From positions 3,275-67,274 of the IMG/VR virus record IMGVR_UViG_3300020455_000014: a stretch of DNA of 64,000 nucleotides. One strand, given 5' to 3'. Made by a program: the position numbers and the translations under genes. The notes beneath the pieces were generated by a model that was given only the letters and a program-made list of their open reading frames with translations, was not told where the DNA came from and did no database searches. Every line of letters begins with the position of its first letter. Position 1 is the first letter of the stretch. Source of the stretch: a virus. Below are positions 19,801-29,900 of the stretch, in pieces.

Positions 19801-21400
19801 AACTGTTGCTGCTATTGAACAAGCGTTACTTAATAAGTTTGAAAATCCAGACGATAGTTTTACACAAGAGTTTAATTCGTACAAAGAAGCTTATGGTGGG
19901 GATTTTGAAGCAATGCAAGCTTTGATGAGGGATGCAAAAAAAGTAGTTTTAACTTCAGGTTTAGTAGGTGCAACTATAGATAAAGCGCAAGCAGCAATGA
20001 TATTAAAGCCTATAACAAAAGCTGGATCTAGACTTTTAAACGCGGTTGGGGGAGCTACTTTAGTTGCAGCGGGCGAATCACTTAGTGAAGGTATAGAAGA
20101 ATTAGTTGCTAATATAGGTATTGCTGAAGGTACTCTTCAAAAAGGTCTTGATTGGTGGAATACGGTAGGAAACAATTTAATTGGGGCAGGTATAGAAGGA
20201 GGCATTGAAGGTTCTCCTGGTGGTGGAGCTGCGGGAGTAACAGGGGCTGTATCTAATCCTAATTTTGCTTTAAGTGATATTAATGAAGCTGGGAAGGCAC
20301 TAGCAGAAGAAAATGGTTTACAATTTGAAACACGGACTGGCACAACAGTTATAAAGAATTTAAATAATAGTGATTTTGCGAAAAGGTTCCCTAATTTTAT
20401 TGATTTAGGTGAATCAACAATTACTAATGACCAAGTTTATGAAAGCGTTGCGTGGGCTTTAATTGATGCCGAAAGTAAAGGACTTGATGGATTAAGCGGA
20501 GAAACTATTAACCAACTTTCAAATTTATATCCTGAATCTAATATTAATGAAGTACAAAATACTGTAAAGAATGCTATAAATAGTGCTAAAACTTCTAATA
20601 TAAATTTTCTAGACGGTAATATAGAAGATAATTTAGCAAAAATAACAGAAAATATTAATATAACAAATACAATACCTGTTACTCCAGCTGGAGATGATAC
20701 TACTTATACTTCTCTTGACCAACTAACAATACCAACAGGTGAAGGAGAAACTACAACAGGGACAGCTACAGATTTTGGTACTTTTACTTCAGGTACAGAC
20801 ACAGCTACTACGACAGATACTACTACGACAGGTACAGATACAAACCAGAATACAGCTACAGACTTTAGTACTTTCACTTCGGGTACAACTACTACAAATA
20901 CAGCTACAGACTTTAGTACTTTTACTTCGGGTACAGATACCACTACTACGACAGATACCACTACTACAACAGATACAAACCAAGACCAAGATAAAGATAC
21001 AGATAAAGAACAAGACACTCAAATTAATCCTCTAATTAATACTCTTATAACTACACAAGTTGAAGACATACCTGATGAAGAAGAGGAAGAAGAAGAAGAG
21101 TTATTTGAAACTTTAGGGGGGGCATCTCAAGCTGGGTTAATGAAAGTAACTACCCCTGAACCTGGTGATATTGATTATATTTATGATTTTAGTAGTATAT
21201 TTCCTAACCCAAAATCAGAGGAGTTATTACCCACACCTTATGCACCAGAAAAAAATTTCCTTGATGAAATAAGAAATATAGTGCAAAAAGGACCATATGA
21301 AGATATAATAAATCCTGAAGGTGAAGCAGAAAAAGAACAAGAAGAAAAAGAAGAAGCAGAAGAGCTACAAAGACGTGCCAGATATAGAAGGATAGCATAA
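16880..21400 (+). CDS. Large acidic internal virion (core/ejection) protein
   Basis: 1506 aa, Ala/Gly-rich helices, Thr-rich and acidic C-terminus; located after the tail nozzle. Confidence 0.6.
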   Translation: MIFGWISEKINDALDDINTAYDNLTDSFRDWDISKLENPSVIDPGDWGPSVVDGLETVVDTVENTVKAIADKPVQFIIQAAVSTFAPSLAPIVNGAIAATNGAKPLEILRASVLTAVTPKVAEAAGNYTSDFLTNVDISSNLTTSISNIAEKYTEARLQGGDAELSLVTTVLDSVRTPIQETISEFTKLIEGIEIDIDTGEIIDSELEEAIKKGVDAFIDTGTVSGAVTSLVAEQITPLIDNFSDLAGANKAQIQTAITAAVTAGLEGGGEEAVNAAYYGSLAKSSGEELGALLEKPITNFATGMLESLGFIQKKDGTLVNKNNVIVDGTGQAVKGEDGKPIVWKGGFREGEQDLVFIFNDGSAVELGDVFISEVAEALDPKKFKNAEEYIEALRYQVNGLRALPDQTAVESKINNLEKVINGVSIYEGKLPDDILEKNYVYTKRQQQLIDGITQYGGATTSAGQKAAAVADLTAYAKDIPTYAEHKLDENITPEMVRQFIDHNEVNPDYLLYRDSKVGKSTATKTVSGTEMSYDEFGDPTIPEITYNYSPESSVFGTKFELKAGDKIEGVSDPDPFLSYTQEDILSEIAKHNELAESLGANDLKVTLKAGDTLSSTDAAKLMLGANISYSNVYALNNLLGTNVDGKVTDENFKDLTMKEVGELTDSMITEDFKTTAAFQSSQKEDSASQGIMTGPGPEIFFTGGTPQLLHKAGITLSTIPIKLATQAGRKELAALLGVNVASLPSAKNFATGSFSSLWSAMKGTTGLSAKAALFGTEALKYDFNSTMEELVKQEGGATQFLARMFGSDNVKNWGVQGLEMGWATALGFEELKQQGIEKVFGYEGGNEVDLTQQWVDYKLGLGENPYSSETPYVKLTKAKQEEMSKYFSPEAKTLLEQNVASGDVQFKYDPNLGTYMPVALHNVSFGDDPSLAGTYLKANGGVMDVIADVLMFSSGPVGSALGFAQNTFEASGATVAAIEQALLNKFENPDDSFTQEFNSYKEAYGGDFEAMQALMRDAKKVVLTSGLVGATIDKAQAAMILKPITKAGSRLLNAVGGATLVAAGESLSEGIEELVANIGIAEGTLQKGLDWWNTVGNNLIGAGIEGGIEGSPGGGAAGVTGAVSNPNFALSDINEAGKALAEENGLQFETRTGTTVIKNLNNSDFAKRFPNFIDLGESTITNDQVYESVAWALIDAESKGLDGLSGETINQLSNLYPESNINEVQNTVKNAINSAKTSNINFLDGNIEDNLAKITENINITNTIPVTPAGDDTTYTSLDQLTIPTGEGETTTGTATDFGTFTSGTDTATTTDTTTTGTDTNQNTATDFSTFTSGTTTTNTATDFSTFTSGTDTTTTTDTTTTTDTNQDQDKDTDKEQDTQINPLINTLITTQVEDIPDEEEEEEEELFETLGGASQAGLMKVTTPEPGDIDYIYDFSSIFPNPKSEELLPTPYAPEKNFLDEIRNIVQKGPYEDIINPEGEAEKEQEEKEEAEELQRRARYRRIA
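20762..21010 (+). repeat. Intragenic Thr/Asp-rich repeats (3x TATDF[GS]TFTSGT plus TTTTD units)
   Basis: acagctacagaYtttRgtactttYacttcRggtaca three times with actact runs. Confidence 0.85.
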
Positions 21401-23424
21401 TGAGTTGGAAAGAAGAATTAGCAAAAATTTTCTTATACGATACTGATAAGGGGAAGACAAAACCTGATGGTTCACCTGCAACGGAAGAAGGCGAAGGAAA
21501 TTATTTACTAGATCCTAGGAAAATCGCGGCTATGCTGGGGTTTGGTCTAAGTGCTTCAGGTGCTTTAGCTCCCAAAGATCCTCCTGTTGGTTATCAAGGC
21601 ACTGTTCCTAAATATAATTTTGTTCGTGATCGGGTACAAAATACTTATGATCCTAATAGAAGACCAGGAAGTGGGGGACAACGTTACTTCTCTACACCTC
21701 AATTTGTAAAGCAAACTGATAATATGACAGGTGAACAGATAGGAACTTATGAAGATGATTTAAAAGCCGCGCAAGATGCGGCTGCTACAGAGGTTGGTGG
21801 ACTAGAAACTTTAAACAGAGAAAATTTAGCAAGCTATCCTGCTCCTGTTACTACAACTCCAGAAGAAACAAACACTGGTATCGCGTCTCTTCCATCTATA
21901 CCATTAGAAGCCGATCAACTTACTGGGCAAGTAAATCTTGGTATGGCAAATGGTGGTATTGTAGGTTTGAAAAAAGGAACTTTTAGTGATTTTATTAGTA
22001 ATCTTGGAAGTGGCATAAAAGATACAGCATCAAATATTGGAAGTAGTATAAAAGATATGGGAAGTGGTATGTATAAAGATGTAGTTTATGGCCCAATGCA
22101 AGGGCCTAATTTACCAAGTGAAACACATGGAAGTTTAGCTAATTTAGATAATCCTTTTGGAAAAACATCATATGATTATGGGCCCTTTACTTTAAGTACA
22201 GATGGAACAACTGCAGAACAACATTTTGGTCAAAGTGATGCTGAAGAAGAAAGAAGTAAAGCTTATGCAAATTACAAAAGAGCCATAGGTGCGGGCGCAG
22301 GTGAAGGTGTATCTCAAGATTATGTAAGAGGCCGTTCCGATGCTCGTGCTGAAAATTTCTTAGGGGGTCAAAATTATGATGCGGTTGTATCACAAAATGA
22401 AGCAACTCCTGGAAGTCATGACATGAGTGTTTATAATAACCCCTTAACAAGTAAAGTCATAAATGGAACTACTCTTGTTGGATATGAAAACGAAGATGGC
22501 TTGTTTCAACCTATATCTTACAACGATGCTAACAGAGCTTTAGATGCAGGAATTGTAGATAATCCAGATATAATGGGAACAAACAATACAACTACAGATA
22601 ATACAACTACAGATAATACAACTAATACAACTACAGATAACACTTCTGGTCCTACTGGTCCCACTGATTTTACTGGGTTTCTAAGTGCTATAGATACAGG
22701 AAGCACTTCTTATACTGGTCTTTCCGATAATGTTACTAGTTTTGCAGATACAATCGGTACAGATCTTTCCCCTACTGTGGTTACAACAGATATATTACCT
22801 ATTACAACACATTATTCAAACCTTCCAAGCGAAGAAAAAGAAACTTTCTACAATCTTATTTCTTCTGGTGATGTAGTAACTAATGTAACAGATCCAGAAA
22901 CAGGAGAAGTAACTAGTGTTCCAATTCCTCAAAATAAGCTAAACGCGTATAAAAAATGGTTAGATTATATTAATACTTTAGGTAATGAAGCACTTCCAAG
23001 ACTCATAGAAGATTTAACCATTTTAAGAGATTTTACAGGTGTATCAGGGCAAGCAGGTACAGGGGGTGCAGCTTATGGTGGTGCAATAAAAGGATACGCT
23101 ATGGGAGGAATGGGAGAACCCCCTCAAGGACTTTCTGCTTCTCCTGGTCTACCTTCAGGATTATTAAAAAGCAATGAAGATGGTATGGCAGATACCATAC
23201 CCGCGCAAATGGGGGAGCAGCCTATTAACTTATCTGGAGGCGAATATATTATGGATGCAGAAACCGTTGCATTTTTAGGTAATGGTAACACTGATGCAGG
23301 TGCTCAAAAACTAGATGATTTTAGAGAAACTTTAAGAATGGCAAAGAACGGTGGTGAAGACCAAGGAAATCAAATAAATTCCGAAAACTTTTTAGGTAGA
23401 TTACAACAAGTGGGAGTAGCATAA
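21400..23424 (+). CDS. Internal virion protein with xxGG motifs and C-terminal DxIPA...LSxGEY domain
   Basis: 674 aa; MANGG, AYGG, YAMGG; DGMADTIPA...LSGGEYIMDAETVAFLGNGNTDAGA. Confidence 0.6.
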   Translation: MSWKEELAKIFLYDTDKGKTKPDGSPATEEGEGNYLLDPRKIAAMLGFGLSASGALAPKDPPVGYQGTVPKYNFVRDRVQNTYDPNRRPGSGGQRYFSTPQFVKQTDNMTGEQIGTYEDDLKAAQDAAATEVGGLETLNRENLASYPAPVTTTPEETNTGIASLPSIPLEADQLTGQVNLGMANGGIVGLKKGTFSDFISNLGSGIKDTASNIGSSIKDMGSGMYKDVVYGPMQGPNLPSETHGSLANLDNPFGKTSYDYGPFTLSTDGTTAEQHFGQSDAEEERSKAYANYKRAIGAGAGEGVSQDYVRGRSDARAENFLGGQNYDAVVSQNEATPGSHDMSVYNNPLTSKVINGTTLVGYENEDGLFQPISYNDANRALDAGIVDNPDIMGTNNTTTDNTTTDNTTNTTTDNTSGPTGPTDFTGFLSAIDTGSTSYTGLSDNVTSFADTIGTDLSPTVVTTDILPITTHYSNLPSEEKETFYNLISSGDVVTNVTDPETGEVTSVPIPQNKLNAYKKWLDYINTLGNEALPRLIEDLTILRDFTGVSGQAGTGGAAYGGAIKGYAMGGMGEPPQGLSASPGLPSGLLKSNEDGMADTIPAQMGEQPINLSGGEYIMDAETVAFLGNGNTDAGAQKLDDFRETLRMAKNGGEDQGNQINSENFLGRLQQVGVA

Positions 23425-24218
23425 TGGCAAATGCAACAACAAGTGGCGATGATACTACACTTCCTGGTTCAGGTGAAATAGGGGATGTAACAGGAAAAGA
23501 AAGTTCCCTAAGTAATTATGCAGGTGAATACGTCACTAATATGATGGGTAAAGCTGAAGCTTTAGCAGATGAACCTTATCAGGCATATACTGGACCTCTT
23601 ACCGCAGGAGAATCAGAGCTTCAAACACAAGCTTTTGAAGGTATAGGCGGATTATCAGTACCTACAGGAGCCATGGGTGAGATGACTGCAGATTCACTAT
23701 CTCCATATATGAACCCTTATTTAGAGATGTCTTTGCAGCCACAAGTTGACGCTGCTATTAGAAATGCTGATATACAAAGAATGAAAGATGCTTCAAGGTT
23801 GACAAAATCTGGATCTTATGGTGGCAGCCGACAAGCTGTTATGGAAGCAGAAGGTAACAGAGCACTTGGTGACACGTTATCAGGTATATATGGAACTGGA
23901 TACAGAGACGCGTTTGATAGAGCAACAGGTCTGTTTAAAGATGACCGACAGTACGGGTTAGACGCGTTACGAGAACAAGCTAGCATGGGTGAAACACAAA
24001 GGGCTATTGAAGCAGAAGGTATTCAAGCAGATAAAGATCAATTTTACGAAGAAATGGATGATCCTTATAAAAAATTACAATTTCAACAGTCTTTTTTACA
24101 AAATCTTCCTCTTGAATCTCAAGATTATATATCACAAATGGGTAATATGCTTACAGCTGCGGGAGGGGATGCAGTTGGGTTTTATAAATTAATAGAAGAA
24201 TTATTGGGGGGTGATTAA
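23424..24218 (+). CDS. DNA-ejection / pilot-type internal protein
   Basis: 264 aa; YMNPY and GSYGGSRQAV motifs typical of podovirus ejection proteins. Confidence 0.6.
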   Translation: MANATTSGDDTTLPGSGEIGDVTGKESSLSNYAGEYVTNMMGKAEALADEPYQAYTGPLTAGESELQTQAFEGIGGLSVPTGAMGEMTADSLSPYMNPYLEMSLQPQVDAAIRNADIQRMKDASRLTKSGSYGGSRQAVMEAEGNRALGDTLSGIYGTGYRDAFDRATGLFKDDRQYGLDALREQASMGETQRAIEAEGIQADKDQFYEEMDDPYKKLQFQQSFLQNLPLESQDYISQMGNMLTAAGGDAVGFYKLIEELLGGD

Positions 24219-26901
24219 TATGCTTCCTACAGATATAAATAAAGATGTTGCCGACACAGCTAATGTATACGAGAACAATGTAACAGGGTTACAGAACAAG
24301 GCAAAAAAAGATCAAAAATCTGGAGGTTTACCAGAAGCCCTTGTAGAATTATTAGCTCTAAGTGAGGTAAAGAAAAAGACAGATGCAGCTAAAAGGCAGA
24401 TACAACTAGACATGGCGCAAGCTAAAGGCCAACCAACTAGTATTGCTGAAAAATTAAAAAAAGGTGTAATAGATCAAGCTATAAGTGATAAAATTAAAGG
24501 TGTTGCAGGAGTTCTTCAAAAACAAGCAAAAGATAGAAACAAATATATGAACAATCTTGTAAATAAAGGAGCAAAAAATGCTACGCAATTTGCAAGACCT
24601 ACCCTTCCTTTTGCACAACAAAAACCAGGACCTAAAGTAGGGTCTACAAGAATGACACAACAAATGCCTACTCAATATGCTGCTATGGGTGGGGGTATTG
24701 CACGTATGCCTAGACAGAATCTTACAAACATGGCAGATGGAGGTATCGTAGGGTTTAAAGAAGGCACAGATAGTAATTGGTTAAGTAAAATAGCTGAAAA
24801 ATTTAGTATGCCAACCTCTACAACCCTTGATCTTTTAGTAGATAACCTATCACAATTACCTGGGGATCTAAAAGAAAAGGTTATTTCTCTAGCCAATAAA
24901 GTGAAAACCAAAACAAATGAAGTAAAAACTAACACATCAGAAAGTGTAAAGAACCGTAGCGATAAGGTTAATCAAACAGTAAGTGACTTATTTGGTAGAG
25001 GTAAAGATTTAGTAAGTTCAGGTATTGAGACTGGTAAAGATTTAATAAGTTCAGGTATTGAGACTGGTAAAGGGATTGCTCCTGAAGTTATTCCTGCAAT
25101 TAAAAATTTTGCTAATAGAGAAGTTGAGGGAGCTAAAGATCTTATTTTTGGGGGAGAATATTCAAGCCCTGCTCCAGAAGTGTTAGGCGGAGGAAACCAA
25201 AATGTTAACGCAGCAGCTAACCAAGGATTATCAAATCTTCGTTCTGATTTATCTGGCGCAAAGCAAAATATAGATGACCTAAAAGGCGGGATAGCTAATG
25301 CTGATAAACGTATAGCTCAAAATGAAACTCTGCGGGATAGGTTTGGTGACGAAGCAGATAGAGCAGAAGATTATTTAGAAGGTTACGATAAAGATTTTAA
25401 AGAGATTGGTAAACCAATTCCTGGGACTGAACAAGATTTAATAGACAGAAATACAGCTATAGCAGATTATGCTAATAGACAATATGATGCAGCTACTAAC
25501 GCTAGAAGTAAATTTAGAAAAGATAAAAAACAATTTGAAGGAGAGCTAGGCGGAGCTGAAGAAGCTTATAGCGATATTGCAAGTGAAGTAATGTCTATGC
25601 AGGACATGGCTAGAAGAGCTAGAATGGGTGATCCTGAAGCTATAGCTTTTATGAATCAGCAAGGGAAGGCAAACATTCAGCAAGGTCTAGCAGGTATTTA
25701 TGGAAACCAAAATGTAGATCCTTCTATGATGAAAATGGTAGAAGCACAACAATTCCCATCTATGCAAAGAAATGTAGATGCAGATGCTATAAAAGCCGCG
25801 GAAAAATCAGATTTTATACCACAAAGAACTAATTATCCTACTACTTCTCTTGCAAATAGAACTGCTGGTATTTTTAGTTTGCCAAGTGAAATGATGGCGC
25901 ATAGCATGGATATGCAAAAAAATACAGTTTTAAATAATGCTAAAAAACAATTACTACAGCTCAACCCTAACTTATCTGAACCAGCACTAACCGAGCAAGC
26001 AGAACAAATGATAAAAAATAAAGAAGCACTTGCAGGGTCAGATACAGAATTTGAATTACCTACATATCCAGAAATGATATCAGGTTTAGACAAAGGCTTA
26101 AATTATTTAAGTGATATGTTTACTGGAGGCGGGGAAGAAAACACTAGTGGTATAGATACTTCTAAACAAATGAAAGTAATAGATGAACAAGACTCTAATA
26201 CTTTTGATGCTATGGGGAAAGTAGGTGAATACGCGGACACAGATGACGGTGGAGGAAATGCTTCAAATAAAAAAGTAGCTAACGCTGTAATACAAACCGC
26301 TGGTTCTTCTGACTTTAATATAGGTTCTATGAAAGATGTTATGGAGTTCTATGATATGATGGAACAAAGAGCAGCTGACAAAAGTAGAAAAGATGCTACA
26401 TTGTACGCTCTTGCTAATCTTTCAGGTTTTAAAGGGTTTAGAGAGTTTATTCCTTTATTTGAACAGTATACAAATGCACAAAAAGCTAAAGCTAGAGAAT
26501 TAGCAGATAAAGCTCTTAATTATGGTTTACAAAAACAGAAGATGGCTCTTCAAGGGCAAGCTAACGCTTTAAAGATGCAAATGATGAGAGATAACAGACT
26601 GTTAAATAATAATAGACTTCTCCAAGCAGAATTAAATGACCAACTACCCAACTTACAAATGGCTAAACAACAATTAAATATTTTGAATATTCCAGATTAT
26701 GGAGGTACTTATGGTGAATTATTACAAGAACTAGCAGAGTTACGGAGTAAAGGTGTAGAGCAACCAGAAGATGAACAAGAATTATTAAAGTTTAAAGAGA
26801 TTGCTGAGAATGCTACTCCAGAAGGTGAAGCTGTTGTTATGTACCAAACTGCTGTAGATACCATTAGAAGTATGATTCAACCATTACCTCCAATGCAATA
26901 A
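24211..26901 (+). CDS. Internal virion protein (coiled-coil, xxGG motifs)
   Basis: 896 aa (start possibly ATG 24220); AAMGGG and MADGGIVGFKEG. Confidence 0.6.
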   Translation: MINMLPTDINKDVADTANVYENNVTGLQNKAKKDQKSGGLPEALVELLALSEVKKKTDAAKRQIQLDMAQAKGQPTSIAEKLKKGVIDQAISDKIKGVAGVLQKQAKDRNKYMNNLVNKGAKNATQFARPTLPFAQQKPGPKVGSTRMTQQMPTQYAAMGGGIARMPRQNLTNMADGGIVGFKEGTDSNWLSKIAEKFSMPTSTTLDLLVDNLSQLPGDLKEKVISLANKVKTKTNEVKTNTSESVKNRSDKVNQTVSDLFGRGKDLVSSGIETGKDLISSGIETGKGIAPEVIPAIKNFANREVEGAKDLIFGGEYSSPAPEVLGGGNQNVNAAANQGLSNLRSDLSGAKQNIDDLKGGIANADKRIAQNETLRDRFGDEADRAEDYLEGYDKDFKEIGKPIPGTEQDLIDRNTAIADYANRQYDAATNARSKFRKDKKQFEGELGGAEEAYSDIASEVMSMQDMARRARMGDPEAIAFMNQQGKANIQQGLAGIYGNQNVDPSMMKMVEAQQFPSMQRNVDADAIKAAEKSDFIPQRTNYPTTSLANRTAGIFSLPSEMMAHSMDMQKNTVLNNAKKQLLQLNPNLSEPALTEQAEQMIKNKEALAGSDTEFELPTYPEMISGLDKGLNYLSDMFTGGGEENTSGIDTSKQMKVIDEQDSNTFDAMGKVGEYADTDDGGGNASNKKVANAVIQTAGSSDFNIGSMKDVMEFYDMMEQRAADKSRKDATLYALANLSGFKGFREFIPLFEQYTNAQKAKARELADKALNYGLQKQKMALQGQANALKMQMMRDNRLLNNNRLLQAELNDQLPNLQMAKQQLNILNIPDYGGTYGELLQELAELRSKGVEQPEDEQELLKFKEIAENATPEGEAVVMYQTAVDTIRSMIQPLPPMQ
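25000..25071 (+). repeat. Intragenic 33-bp tandem duplication (GKDL[VI]SSGIET x2)
   Basis: ggtaaagatttagtaagttcaggtattgagact followed by ggtaaagatttaataagttcaggtattgagact and ggtaaa. Confidence 0.85.
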
Positions 26902-29900
26902 ATGGCTACATATGAAATTTATAAAAAAGACGGGACTCCTGTAAGAGTTCAAGGACCTCCAAACTTATCTTTTAAAGAGGTGCTTTCTATCTATGAAAGT
27001 GGAGGAAAATCTGCACCCTCTCAACCTTCTGTATCTCAACCAAGAATTAAAGCAAGAGAACCTGATGTATTAGATAGACTAGGAGAAATACCTAAAAGTG
27101 TAGGTAGAGGTGTTTTAAATTATCTTGAAGACGGTATAAAAGGTTGGACTATTCCTTTAAGCGAAGGACCAGAAAGTTATTTAAGAGATAAAATTACAGG
27201 AGGGATTGGAGCTCTTAGGGAATATACAAAACCTGACTTATATTTTCAACAAGCCCAGATGGATCCTAACGCTTCTTTTATGGATGTAGTTCCTAATAAG
27301 TTTGGGGAAGCATTAGGTTCTTTTGTTGGTATAGGAGGTACAGCCCTTATACCTGGCGCAGGGATTCCTCTTGCAGCAGGACTTGTTGTAGGCGGAGGAA
27401 TGGAGGAACAAAAGCAACGAGCCATTGCTGCGGGTAAACTAGATCAATTAAGTGCAAGAGAGGTACTTTATGGTGGTGCAGTAGGGGTTACAGAACTTAT
27501 ACCTATAAGACTTTTAAGGGATGGTTCAAAAGCGTCTCTTACCGTTTTAAATCGTTTAAAAAGAGCCTTTATAACAGGTGGAGTGGAAGGTTTACAAGAA
27601 GCGTCAGCTCAATATGCACAAAACTGGATTGAACAAACAGGTTATAATCCCCAAGTAGAATTAGAAGAAGGCACAGGAGAAGCATTTGCATACGGTGATG
27701 CTGTAGGTTTTTTTGTTCAAGGTGTTATGGATCTTATAGCTCCTAGGCGTGGGGTTAGAGCTACTACTGTTGCACAAGAATTAGAAGATATCGGAGTCAC
27801 ACCTAAAGATGATGATCCTTCTACAAAAGCTCCAGGCGCACCAATAGTAGGAGAAGGAGGACAATTTGAATTTGATCTTGGAAAAGATACAAAAGGTCCA
27901 AAAATTTTATCTAAAGAAAGAGAAGCTAAAGAACTTGGAGTACCAACACTCACTAAAAAAGAAATAGCACAAAGAGAAAAAGATCTACTTAAAACTGATA
28001 CAGAAGAACAATTAGAATTTGATTTAAGAAAACCTATTGAAGATAAAAAACCTGTTAAAGAAGAACAACTTGAATTAGACTTACCTGCACCAAGAAAAAG
28101 ACCTACAATAGTAGAAGAAGATAGTGGACAAATAGGGTTTGACTTTGATAAGAAACCAAAAAACACTAAAGAAGCAGTAGAAAAAATAATAAAAGAAAGA
28201 GTACAGGAAAAAGAAAATGTCGCTTCAAACATTGACAAGAGAACAGATGGAGTTAGCACTAAAGATAGTGGACAAGATGCTGTATCAAAGGGAGACATTG
28301 GTATTGATTCCGAAGGAGCTAAAGCATCTACAAGCGATGGATTGGGAAATATTGGGAGAGATACTAGACCAGACAATGTTGCAGAAGAGCAGAGAGACGA
28401 TACACTAACTCCTTTACAGAAAAGTATACTAGATACATATAGAAAAACGGGTGTTGTTCCTCCATTCCAAGATCGAAGTGCTAAAATATTTAAGAGAATG
28501 GGGTATGATGTAAAAAATCAAGAAGATATAGCAAACGCCCTAAAAGACTTAGAAGCAAAAGATACTACAGATACTACCCAAGTTGAACCACCTGTTGCTA
28601 CGCCACCTGTTGCTGCGCAACCTAAAAAAGGACAAATGGAATTATTTCCTGGTGTTAATCTTGGAACTACAACTAGGCCTGAAGAAGTTGTTGAAGACCA
28701 ACCTGATACACCTGTTACAGATCCTAACCAATTAGAAATAGACTTTAATAAAAAAGAAACACAAGATTTATTAAGTTTAGTAGTTGATGATACCTTACCA
28801 GGTTTTGATGAAAAAAATCAAAAAGCTATAGACTATGAAAATGAAACTTTTGACAGAGATATGGCTAGAGGAGAAGCTCTTGCTGAAGCTTTTAAGAAAA
28901 TAGAAAAAGGACTTATAGATAAGGGAATATTAGAAGGAAGGGCAATAAGACGTGCTATAGAGAAAGCAAAGCCTAAAATAAAAGTTACTTCTGACCAAGC
29001 TAAAGAGATAATTAAAAAAGATAAAGTTACCCAAAAACAAATAGCAAAAGATAAACAAAAAGAAACAGCTAAGACTGCAGAAGCAAAGGAAAAAACAGCT
29101 AAAAAACGTGCGTATGAAAAAGATGCACCAAAAAGACTAGAAGCTAAAAAAATAATAAATGATATATACGAAGGTAATGCTAAAAAACCACAAACTGGTA
29201 CACAAAAAGGAGCATTATTAAAAGAATTTCATGATAATCAAGAATTAAATAAAGATACAGTTGATTATAAAATTATAAGTTCAGATCTAGCAAGTATTGG
29301 TATCTTAATGAATACTTCAGATTATAAACTTAAAAAAGAATTTCCACCTAAAGAAGGTCAAGCTTCTATTGGAGTGTCAGCAAAAAGATATTTTACTAAA
29401 TCTTCTAACCCAAATGTTGTAATTAGTATGATAATAGAAGATTCGTTGGGGGATATTAATTATAGAGCAGATCCAGAAGTGTCTGCTGCCGAGAACGCTT
29501 TTTATGAATTTACAGGGCCAAAAGAAGCAAAGAACGCTTTGCTTTGGATAAAAGAAAATTTAGGTACAGATTTAAATAATACTATCGAAGAAAAAATAAA
29601 AGATAGTACAACAGAAATAGCATCAGAAGAATTTGGTAAAGTTATTTTGACTTCAAAAACTAATGCAGAAGTTAATGCTATAGTTGCAAAAAATGAAAAA
29701 CAACAAGACTTTAATGATGCGTTAGATAAACAAGGACTTCTAAGAGGGGGGTTAGATCCATTTAAAGTTGATAGCGATATGAGAAACTTTTCTCTTGATA
29801 ATTATGGAAAAGGTAAATCAAATGTATCTTTAGCTGCTATGAAACCTACTTTAAATAAAATGGGGGAAAAAGGACTAGATCAATCTTCTACTCTTTTACT

